A DNA stretch of 64,000 nucleotides from Macrostomum lignano (taxonomy: Eukaryota), in contig NIVC01001170.1 of NCBI GenBank assembly GCA_002269645.1, positions 124,001 to 188,000 on the forward strand, read 5' to 3'. The translations under genes and the position numbers were made by a program. The notes under the pieces were generated by a model. That model did no database searches and had not been told where the DNA came from. It saw only the letters and a program-made list of their open reading frames with translations. Of the stretch, positions 54,611 to 64,000 are shown piece after piece (position 1 is the first letter of the stretch; each line of letters opens with the position of its first letter).

Positions 54611-55144
54611 GTGAGGATACCATTCTTCATCATCCCTAGCTCAGCATCCTCTATTCTTCATCATCCTGAACTCAGCATCTCTTATTCTTCATCATCCCTA
54701 GCTCAGCATTTCTTATTCTTCATCATCCCTAACTCAGCATCTCTTATTCTTCATCATCCCAAACTCAGCATCTCTTTTTCTTCATCATCTCCAAACTCAG
54801 CATCCCAGATTCTTCATAATTCCAATCTCGGCACCGCCTATTCTTCATCATTCCCAAACTCAGCATCCCCTATCTATTCTTCATCATCCCTAAACTCAGC
54901 AGCCTTTATTCCTCACTATCTCTAATTCGTCACGTCATCTTTTACTCTTCATCATTCTCAGCTCAGAATCTCTTATTCTTCATTATAAAAGTCCATCCAG
55001 CCTCTCCATTCCTCACCATCTTCAGCACTGCATCCCTGTTCTTCATTTCTATCGTTAGCACCTGACCTTATCTTTGCAAAAGCTTTACTTTTACCGTAAT
55101 ATCTTCCGCCATTTATCCCAAAAAATAATCTCATAATTTTGCAG

Positions 55145-55418
55145 CGCATTCGACACGCAGAAGGAGCGGCAGTGGCGCATCCGTGAGATGGCCCTGATGA
55201 CGCAGATTCGTCAGTTGGAAGCTGGCAAAGACAGCGCAGCCTCAACGATCCGCGAGAACTCTTCTCCAGGTCATAAAACTGATCAAAACAATGCCGGAAC
55301 AGGGCCCGGAAGCGACTCGGATCTGGAAATGGAGTTGAACACGCTGAGAGTTCGGTACTATGACCTGCAGCTGAAGAATGAGGCCATGGCGGAGAGGCTA
55401 GCGGCCCTGGACTATCGG
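55145..55418 (+). CDS. RPGRIP1L: RPGRIP1L-family exon 4
   Basis: SAFDTQKERQWRIRE...QIRQLE matches the recalled SAFSAAHEEQWKLKE...QIAQLE; phases 2 to 0 consistent. Confidence 0.9.
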
Positions 55419-55542
55419 GTGAGAGAACCCTAGAAAGCTCTAGAAAGACCTAGAAAGCTCTAGGTTGGGGAGATTAATTTTTGGGGTTGGTTGGGAAATC
55501 TTTCTTCTCGTAGCTAAAATTAGATTGGTTCTGGACTACGGA

Positions 55543-55710
55543 TGGCTTACCTGGTGCTGGCTTACCTGGTGCTGGCTTACCTGGTGCTGGCTTACCTGGT
55601 GCTGGCTTACCTGGTGCTGGCTTACCTGGTGCTGGCTTACCTGGTGCTGGCTTACCTGGTGCTGGCTTACCTGGTGCTGGCGCCCTGGTGCTGGCGCCCC
55701 TGGTGCTGGC
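55543..55710 (+). repeat. 15-bp repeat (TGGCTTACCTGGTGC)x9 plus degenerate units, intron 4
   Basis: CTTACCTGG at 55546 + 15n, n = 0-8. Confidence 0.95.
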
Positions 55711-55862
55711 GTCTAAATTTAAATGAAATGGCGCTACCTCCTAATGAAATGGCGCCTCCAAATCGATGCAGCCCCCTACTGAAAAATCTTGGCAAGCGAT
55801 GGCACACCAACTGCCCTACTGACAGTAGCATGCATAGACTCAGCTGCCACTGACCATTCCAG

Positions 55863-56465
55863 AAGCGGGGCATCTCAGACAACGATTTTCACGCCGCTCT
55901 GTCGCTGGTCCGGCGTCAGCAGGAGTCGGCCGAGCTCCAGCCGAGCGACCTGATCTTCCTGAAGCGGTCGACGCCGCTGCTGAACGACTCAGCGGGAACC
56001 GGCGCCGACAGCCAGGCCCAGCGCCGGATCCTCGAACTGGAGGTCGCCCACGCCGACGCTGTGGCTGAGCTGGACAAGGCGCGCGAGCTGCTGAAGGCCC
56101 AGCAGCTGCTGTCAGCCGACACCAAGGCCGGGGCCAGCCTCACCGAGTTCCGCCTGCAGGAGGTGCGCGACGAATACGAGACTCGAATTGGGGAGCTCAA
56201 CCGGCTGCTGGAGATTCGGTCTGCTCGAGTTCGACAGCTCGAAGAGCAGCTGGCCAGCCGCGCCTACAGCAGCGTCGGCGCCAAAGTGGCGCCTACTCAG
56301 CTGAAAATGGCGCTAGAGGAGGCTGAGGCGGAGGCGGAGGCTGAGGCGCCGGTGATGCCGAGGAAGCAGCGCCAGGCCATGGAGGCGCCACCGCCGAAGG
56401 CGCCGTCGCCACAACCTGCCAAGGCCAGCCCTGCCGGCTCTGTGGTTGAGGAGGCCTGCGTTGAG
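55863..56465 (+). CDS. RPGRIP1L: RPGRIP1L-family exon 5
   Basis: HADAVAELDKARELL...LLEIRSARVRQLEEQL..AY matches the recalled HAETVQELEKTRNML...LLDIRAARIHKLEAQL..AY; TCCAG|AAG acceptor, GAG|GTGGGG donor, 201 codons. Confidence 0.93.
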
Positions 56466-56749
56466 GTGGGGATCTTTTAGACAGGTTTTTATTTTGGGAA
56501 TTGATGAGAATTTTCCTGTGCTTATCGAATTGTTCTTTTGTTCTGCTTTTGATTTCTGACAAAAAGCATTAGGGCTCTTAAATTGTTTCCATGAATAAAT
56601 GTTTCAGATTTTTACTAATTTTGCATACAGCAACAGTCACTCACTGAATTGATAAATCACCCAATCAATTAAATGATTAATAAATCAAGCAAACAATTTA
56701 TCGATTGACAAACCAATCGCCAAGGGCATCAGTCTAACCCCCCGACCCA

Positions 56750-57081
56750 ACAATCAATCATTCAATCAATCAATCAATTAATGAGTCAGTCAATCAATCA
56801 ATCAATCAATGAGTCAGTCAATCAATCGATCGATCAATCAGTCAGTCAATCAATCAGTCAGTCAATTAATCAGTCAGTCAATTAATCAATCAATCAATCA
56901 ATCAATCAACCCGTCAATCAATCAATCAGTCAGTCAGTCAGTCAGTCAATCAATCAATCAATCAATCAGTCAGTCAGTCAGTCAATTAATCAATCAATCT
57001 ATCAATCAATCAATTAATCAATCAATCAGTCAATCAATCAATCAATCAATCCGTCAATCAATCAATCAGTCAGTCAGTCAG

Positions 57082-57122
<41 letters not shown>

Positions 57123-57142
57123 CAATCAATCATTCAATCAAT
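56750..57142 (+). repeat. (TCAA/TCAG)n microsatellite, intron 5
   Basis: Direct reading. Confidence 0.95.
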
Positions 57143-57151
57143 TGCTCCCAG

Positions 57152-57331
57152 CAAATCCAAGGCGTTGCCGAGTCCGCCTACCGCGAGAAGCGCAGCGCCA
57201 GCCAGGAGCGGCCGAGCTCCGCCCAGGTTGTCAGTTCGATGGCCACCCGCCTGGACGCCCCGCCAGACCGCCCGCTGGCGGACTTCGAGGTTTCGCAGAG
57301 CAGCGACAATGAGAGCGTGCACAGCGTGGTG
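57152..57331 (+). CDS. RPGRIP1L: RPGRIP1L-family exon 6 (low-complexity linker)
   Basis: CCCAG|CAA acceptor, GTG|GTGAGG donor, phase 0-0; GC-rich coding-like sequence. Confidence 0.72.
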
Positions 57332-57611
57332 GTGAGGGCCAAATCCGGGATCCTTGAAGCCCAGCAACAGAGGCAGCTTAACCATGGCCTAACCCCGCCT
57401 GCATAATTGAATCATTTAAACATCATGGATTGCTAATCTACACACTGACTTGCAATTTGATTCAATCTATAACATCGTTATAACTACTCAAATTTTAACA
57501 ATCAAACGATGCTTGAATTTTGCTCAATCTGCTAACTATTATAACAAATACAGCATTCTTTTCTTTTGCTAATGACTCATCTGCACTCTCCGCCCGCCAC
57601 TCTCATCGCAG

Positions 57612-57732
57612 CCGGAGCCAATCAAAGTGAAGCCTCGCGAGTCCGGCATCCCCCTGTACACCAAGGACAGCATCAAACTGGTGGTGGACACCAAGCTGAG
57701 CGATCTGGGCGCTGGCGGCGCGCGGAATGGCG
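57612..57732 (+). CDS. RPGRIP1L: RPGRIP1L-family exon 7
   Basis: CGCAG|CCG acceptor, GGCG|GTTGGT donor, phase 1 matches exon 8. Confidence 0.7.
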
Positions 57733-57756
57733 GTTGGTCCGATTTTTACTGCGATC

Positions 57757-59185
57757 CCGGCATTCACACAAATATGCTCCCGGCATTCACACATACTCTC
57801 CCAGAATTCACACAAATATGCTCCCGACATTCACACAAATATGCTCCCGACATTCACACAAATATGCTCCCGGCATTCACGCATACTCTCCCAGCATTCA
57901 CACAAATATGCTCCCGACATTCACACAAATATGCTCCCGACATTCACACAAATATGCTCCCGGCATTCACGCATACTCTCCCAGCATTCACACAAATATC
58001 CTCCTGCCATTCACACAAATATGCTCCCGACATTCACACATACTCTCCCAGAATTCACACAAATATGCTCCCGACATTCACACAAATATGCTCCCGGCAT
58101 TCACGCATACTCTCCCAGCATTCACACAAATATCCTCCTGCCATTCACACAAATATGCTCCCGACATTCACACATACTCTCCCAGAATTCACACAAATAT
58201 GCTCCCGGTATTTACACAAATATGCTCCCAGAATTTACACAAATATGCTCCCGGCATTCACGCATACTCTCCCAGCATTCACACAAATATCCTCCTGCCA
58301 TTCACACAAATCTGCTCCCGACATTCACACATACTCTCCCAGAATTCACACAAATATGCTCCCGACATTCACACAAATATGCTCCCGGCATTCACACATA
58401 CTCTCCCAGAATTCACACAAATATGCTCCCGACATTCACACATACTCTCCCAGAATTCACACAAATATGCTCCCGACATTCACACAAATATGCTCCCGGC
58501 ATTCACGCATACTCTCCCAGCATTCACACAAATATCCTCCTGCCATTCACACAAATATGCTCCCGACATTCACACATACTCTCCCAGAATTCACACAAAT
58601 ATGCTCCCGGTATTTACACAAATATGCTCCCAGAATTTACACAAATATGCTCCCGGCATTCACGCATACTCTCCCAGCATTCACACAAATATCCTCCTGC
58701 CATTCACACAAATCTGCTCCCGACATTCACACATACTCTCCCAGAATTCACACAAATATGCTCCCGGTATTTACACAAATATTCTCCTGGCAATCACACA
58801 ATTGTTCTCTCGGCATTCAAAAAATTATTCTTCTGACAATCACACAAATATTCTCCTGGAATTTAAACACAAGTGCTAAGGACTCTCACTTTTTCCCGTG
58901 TACACGCAATATTTACGACACATTCACACAACCCATTGACACGCATTCACACAAACAATTAACACACATTCACACAACCCATTAACACGCATTCACACAA
59001 CCCACACACATTCACACAACCCATTAACACACATTCACACAACCCATTTACACACGTTCACACAACTCATTAACACGCATTCACACAAACAATTAACACA
59101 CATTCACACAACCCATCAACACGCATTCACACAAACAATTAACACACATTCACACAACCCATTACCACATTCACACACTCACTTA
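57757..59185 (+). repeat. Composite CATTCACACA-based minisatellites, intron 7
   Basis: Direct reading; explains ORFs 57566-58879, 57627-58985 and 57727-58836. Confidence 0.94.
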
Positions 59186-59216
59186 CCAGCATTCACCATC
59201 GCTCTCCAATTTTCAG

Positions 59217-59809
59217 AATCCTCCCTGCCGCCGCCGCCGCCATACGAGGACCCATGCTACGGCAAGCCGCAGCAGCGGGGGCGAGACGACCAGCCCCAAC
59301 CGGAGCCGCGAAAGAAGAAGCTGCAGCCGGATGATGAGGCCGTTGTTAAGCCGCCAGTGGAGCAGCAGATGACGAAGCTGACAGCGGCCACAGTTGCCGC
59401 TGCGTCGACGGCGGTAGCATCCACAACAGCCGAAGTCGACAAAGAAGAAACCGACGTCGAAGATCGGAGGACCGAGGACGGCGACGGTGGCGAAGAGGTG
59501 GCTTCCGAGTCCGACGCGGACTCCGCCGTGGTCGTTGTGGTGGACAAGCCGTCGACGAAGCTTCGGCTGCAGACAGCGCCCGCGGCTCCTGCAATCGTAA
59601 GCCGGTGCTACGTGCAGGTGCTCGAGCTCTACCTGGATCCTAACTCCGACGCTCTGGCCAACGACGATCTGGACGAGACCGCCTGCTTCGTGGCCTTCAG
59701 CCTGCCCGGCTACGACTGCGAGGACACGGAGACGCCGCTGTCCATCAAGACGCCAAGGCCGGGCGCTTCTAGGGATGCCGAGTTCACGCTGCGGTACAAC
59801 TTCAAGAGG
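59217..59809 (+). CDS. RPGRIP1L: RPGRIP1L-family exon 8 (acidic linker and start of the RPGRIP1 C-terminal domain)
   Basis: TTTCAG|AA acceptor; acidic SESDADS segment, then FVAFSLPGYDCEDTETPLSIKTP (recalled human [21 protein letters not shown]); AGG|GTAAGC donor. Confidence 0.88.
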
Positions 59810-59826
59810 GTAAGCGCGACAATTTT

Positions 59827-60123
59827 TGGGGCTGGGTGCAGGTGATAAGGGGCTGGGTGCAGGTGATAAGGGGCTGGGTGCAGGTGATAAGGGGCTGGGT
59901 GCAGGTGATAAGGGGCTGGGTGCAGGTGATAAGGGGCTGGGTGCAGGTGATAAGGGGCTGAGTGCAGGTGATAAGGGGCTGGGTTCAGGTGATAAGTGTC
60001 TGGGTGCAGGTGATAAGGGGCTGGGTTCAGGTGATAAGTGGCTGGGTGCAGGTGATAAGTGGCTGGGTGCAGGTGATAAGGGGCTGGGTGCAGGTGATAA
60101 GGGGCTGGGTGCAGGTGATAAGG
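59827..60123 (+). repeat. 21-bp minisatellite (GGGGCTGGGTGCAGGTGATAA)n, about 14 copies, intron 8
   Basis: Direct reading. Confidence 0.96.
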
Positions 60124-60169
60124 GAAAATATACACCCGTTCTAAAATGTATACAAAACGCAACAAACAG

Positions 60170-60374
60170 CCCTACGACTACAACTTCGACAAAAACTACG
60201 ATAAGCGACGCCAGCTGGCCTCAGTTATGCTGCTTGGCGACCAGCCCGCCTTAGAGTTCAGCGTCGTCTGCGAGGCGCTGGACGGGAGCGACTTTTTCTT
60301 CGATTTGGCCAAGGCCCAGCTGCCTCTGGATAAATTTAATGACAGTCGGAGGCCCGCTGAAGAGACTCTCAACG
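60170..60374 (+). CDS. RPGRIP1L: RPGRIP1L-family exon 9
   Basis: AACAG|CCC acceptor; LEFSVVCE...DLAKAQLPL resembles the recalled LRFTVVSD...DIGVAHVDL; G|GTAAGA donor. Confidence 0.87.
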
Positions 60375-60715
60375 GTAAGAGTGTATAATGGTGCATGAGT
60401 CAGTGTGCATAAGGGAAGATTAGTCACTGATGTACGTTATGAGATGAATCATTGTACATTTAACGATGAGTCATTCATGCATGATATTTTGGAGCTGGAT
60501 GAGTCATCAATGTACGCTTGGCTAAGAGCCGATCAGCTCTATGAAAATTTAAGCACTAACCTAAATCTAAACTCTAACCTTAAGATAAACCCTAATCCTA
60601 CACTAGAGGCCTTAACCCTAACCTACAAGTCAATACCATTAAAAAGGGTAGTGGCTATACGTTCGTACATGCATTCTATGAATTGACGCGATAAATCAAA
60701 ATTGTTTTATTTCAG

Positions 60716-60825
60716 TGGTATCGAACGGTCAGATAATTGGAACGCTCAAAGTGGCAACCGATTTGCCGAATCTGTTGCGAGCTGTCAACAAAGAGCTGCC
60801 GCCATCTGTCAAGCGCAGAGGCTAA
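60716..60825 (+). CDS. RPGRIP1L: RPGRIP1L-family exon 10 (terminal)
   Basis: TTTCAG|TG acceptor, phase 1; IIGTLKVAT resembles the recalled GIGKLRVTV; TAA at 60823-60825. Total about 1016 aa. Confidence 0.85.
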
Positions 60826-62613
60826 ATCGCGGCTAAATGTTTGCCGTATAAAGATAATCTGAATTACATGTAAGTGGCTGTAGAGTGCAGTTTTTTTCTA
60901 ACTCAGACGAAAAACTATATTTTAATTTTTAGGGTGCGTTCGAGTAGCTTAAATTACTTAGCATATTTAAATTTACAATCTAACTTCTGTCAGTAAAACA
61001 AATTTAATTCAGTTGCACCATTAAAACAATTATGCATAATAAAAAGGTAGAAAAAATTTCCAACCTTAGTTAAATGTATTTTACATAAAGGATGAGGATG
61101 AACTTAATAATAGAGTAAGGAGTTAAACTATCTTAAAGTGGATATTACGTAATCAAAACGTAAAAATACATGTACATTACGCAATATACAATTCTTAATT
61201 ATAAATCTATATTCACAATTCATATATTATAATATTCTGTACTACTAACTACAAACAATTAAATTTTATGAACATTGATAAACTGTTGTTACCGGTTATC
61301 GTGCTTAACCGTAGTAAAAATGTTTTACTGATGCAAACATTAGATCATGTACCTTTTTAATCATTCTAAGCTTGTCTTAAGCTACCTAAACGCACCATTT
61401 ATTTTGAGTTATTTTTTTATTTCTATGCATTGTGTCCGCGTATTTGACATTCAATTTTTAATTTCAATACTTTGCCACGACTTTTGTATAATTATTTTAG
61501 GGCGATTATTCTCGAAAAATTAAAAGATGAAGATCCAAATGCTAAAACAGTTTCTGCACCTTTAGATTTTATGAAACGTTCAGTTTTACTAGGCCCAGGA
61601 CACAATATGACTTTCAAACTGTAAAATAAGCAGCGAAATTTCAATCTGTAAACTACATTTAATCAAACTTGAACTGTTATTTTGACTTTAACAGTGAGAC
61701 TATTTAGCAATGTCTGTGTCAAAAGGAATAAAACCTAGTTATGGTGCTTATTTAACTTCACTGTAAAATCTGTGATACTAAAAACTTTGTATTCTACCAG
61801 TTTGCAACATTTGTGTGCTTTAACAAGCCAACTTCCAACAACTCCCTTGACATTGGGACTTATTGCACCTAAATTATTTATACTTATATTTAAGCATGCA
61901 CGACAGTTCCTGTAATTGATATCGATGATTGTTTTACCATAAACAAAATATATGCGCAAATATACTGATTTTTAAACTGTTTATGCTATTAAAACTAAAC
62001 TTTTGACAGGATCAGATAATTTTAAATGATTTCAGTCAAATATTAGATTTTTTTATGATTTAGATGAGTTTGTATTGATACATAAATATTTTTTGAATGA
62101 AATTGTATTTTATAAAAATGAATCGATTATGCAATCAAAACACGCAACATGTAAAAAGCACTTACGTTTTCGGATACTATGCATATACGTGTAAAAGAAA
62201 TAGGCTTTTAGAAAATCGTGCAAATAAGGACAGATTAATTGTATAATAACTATTTCACATTCACATTTTTCACATGTAAACTTCCACTGCTATTATTATT
62301 AGCTAGCTGTAAGTATTTTTTATTGTAATCGTAAGCCACAGATATAAAATGTCTTTAACTGATGGGAAAATTGAAGCATATACTTAAAAAATTATGACGA
62401 AAAAGCTCTTTTCAATGCGCTGCCGCCAGTAAGACTTTTTTATTAAGTAATATGATTTGCAAGTAATTGAATAAGGTAGATTTCTAGCAGTAGCACCTTG
62501 AATACTAGAACGATTCTATAGCTCTCTGACGCTAAGACAAAAAGTTTGTTATGTTTTTAGGCAATTCAGATTTACATGTATATACTTTAAATATATTAAT
62601 CCACAATCTTTAT

Positions 62614-62898
62614 CTAGTCCAGCCGTCGTCGCTGCGCCTCCCCAACATCAATTCTGCCACCTTGTCGCAGCCGATCTCCCACCAGGCGAACTTGGCTCTC
62701 AATGTTGTCCAACTTGCTGGCTTGCTTGGCGGCAATGTTGGCGCACTTTGTGCTCAGCTTCTCCACCGCAGTGCCGTCCGGATAAATTTTGTCGCGCAGG
62801 TGTCGCCGCTTGCCGCGAAATTTGAAGGCCTGATAGCGCAGGAAGCTGCGATAGCGGTCAGAGAAGTTGCGAAATTTCTGCTCCGAAGGGGTCCAGCC
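62614..62898 (-). CDS. TRPM-like cation channel, terminal exon (C-terminal tail and coiled coil)
   Basis: Acceptor CCGCAG|GGC gives a phase-0 continuation; stop at 62614. Confidence 0.7.
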   Translation of the reverse strand, partial: GWTPSEQKFRNFSDRYRSFLRYQAFKFRGKRRHLRDKIYPDGTAVEKLSTKCANIAAKQASKLDNIESQVRLVGDRLRQGGRIDVGEAQRRRLD

Positions 62899-62984
62899 CT
62901 GCGGCACGGAAATCACTGGCGGTTATCAGAAAGTAAGCATACGTGCACCCATCTCAATCTCAATGCAATCCGCTCACCCAGCTG

Positions 62985-63390
62985 ACTCATACACAACCAC
63001 CTCACTCCTCAAACGCACCCACCTCACTCCTACGCACCCACCTCATTCCTCCTACGCACCCACCTCACTCCTACGCACCCACCTCACTCCTCCTACGCAC
63101 CCACCTCACTCCTCCTACGCACCCACCTCACTCCTACGCACCCACCTCACTCCTCCTACGTACCCTCCTCACTACTACGTACCGACCCCACTCCTTCTAC
63201 CTAAACCCACCTCACTCCTAAGTACCCACCTCACTCCTCCTACGTACCCACCTTACTCTTACGCACCCACCTCACTCCTCCTACGCACCCACCTCACTCC
63301 TCCCACGTACCCACCTCACCCCCCCCTTCGCACCCACCTCACTCCTTCTACGCATCCACCTCACTCCTCCTACGCACCAACCTCACTCCG
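62985..63390 (+). repeat. 19-22 bp C-rich minisatellite (CACCCACCTCACTCCTCCTACG)n in the TRP intron
   Basis: Direct reading. Confidence 0.92.
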
Positions 63391-63437
63391 CTCAACCATC
63401 CCATCTCCACCCAACCCACCCAGCCCATCCGCCAAAC

Positions 63438-63692
63438 CTGTGCTCTGGCCCTCCGCCGCCGATAATAGAAGCTCCATAGCAGCGGCATGAACAGCATCTC
63501 GAGCACGTTAACGGGCGGCGGGGTCAGCCAATGCCGCTCGTATTGGATCATCAGCTTGGCCTTGGACAGGCGCCAGATGTCGAAGGCGCGTTCGCTTTTC
63601 TCGGCCACGGTGAGGCTGAACTTGGCGATGAGCATGTTGGTCATGACCAGAAACACCAGCAGGATAACGAATACCAGGCCGTTGGCATACAG
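63438..63692 (-). CDS. TRPM-like channel exon encoding S6 and the TRP domain
   Basis: LVFLVMTNMLIAKFS...IWRLSKAKLMIQYERHWLTPPPVNVL aligns by eye to TRPM NILLVNLLIAMFS...WKFQRYNLIVEY...PPF; acceptor TTCAG|CTG, donor CAG|GTTTGG. Upstream exons lie beyond the window. Confidence 0.85.
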
Positions 63693-63854
63693 CTGAATTT
63701 TTTTTATTATGTTCATTATGTTTGTGGTGGGATTATGTGGCTGTGGGAACAACTTGAATATAGGGAAACGGGTAAAACGGCCCCTGCTGAGGACGGCCAT
63801 AATTCAAGCGATTTCTTAGCTTTCTACAATAATTGATGGTCTAAGTGCACTTTA

Positions 63855-63985
63855 CAGCACTCACTGAAGGACCCTGAGGGGTAGCGGCACTCACTGAAGG
63901 ACCTCTCAGGGGTAGCGGCACTCACTGAAGGACCTCTCAGGGGTAGCGGCACTCACTGAAGGACCCTCAGGGGTTGCGGCACCCC
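63855..63985 (+). repeat. About 32-bp tandem repeat (GCGGCACTCACTGAAGGACCTCTCAGGGGTA), about 4 copies
   Basis: Direct reading. Confidence 0.88.
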
Positions 63986-64000
63986 GCGAAACACCTTAGC

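Noticed and set aside
57566-58985. 437/452/369-aa ORFs as the missing RPGRIP1L middle region
   Set aside because: Beyond 57732 they are minisatellite translations open in all three frames, with no C2 features.
60555-60650. Telomere-like CCTAA/CTAACC tract (also about 33120-33160)
   Set aside because: Too degenerate and short to call an interstitial telomere or a defined element.

Overview
Eukaryotic (metazoan invertebrate) genomic DNA. It has GC-rich spliceosomal exons separated by introns packed with micro- and minisatellites. The style resembles a flatworm such as Macrostomum, but this is inference only. No prokaryotic features, rRNA or CRISPR arrays are present, and most long ORFs in the supplied track are artefacts of stop-free tandem repeats. 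Genes I could reconstruct by hand with GT-AG junctions and consistent phases: (1) a Q-rich orphan exon (minus, 14959-15796); (2) a 3-exon gene for an unrecognised ~326-aa protein (minus, 19856-28220); (3) a 2-exon conserved uncharacterised multipass membrane protein (minus, 34091-35314); (4) a 10-exon RPGRIP1L/MKS5 (fantom)-family gene (plus, 52007-60825) that appears to lack both central C2 domains; (5) the last two exons of a TRPM-like channel (minus, 62614-63692). Mobile DNA: a 3.9-kb TIR DNA transposon relic (23047-26922), a decayed Ty3/Gypsy element (30008-33110), a hAT-like MITE (33686-33912) and a head-to-tail trimer of a satellite-laden non-autonomous Helitron (37231-49604). The most notable oddities are the C2-less RPGRIP1L, two sharply bounded CpG-free zones of about 1-1.4 kb, a perfect RFX X-box in the membrane-protein gene, inverted satellite arms around a unique spacer, and intronic satellites built from splice-site-like motifs. 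I did not find evidence for a single coherent new multi-gene system; the findings are separate leads.
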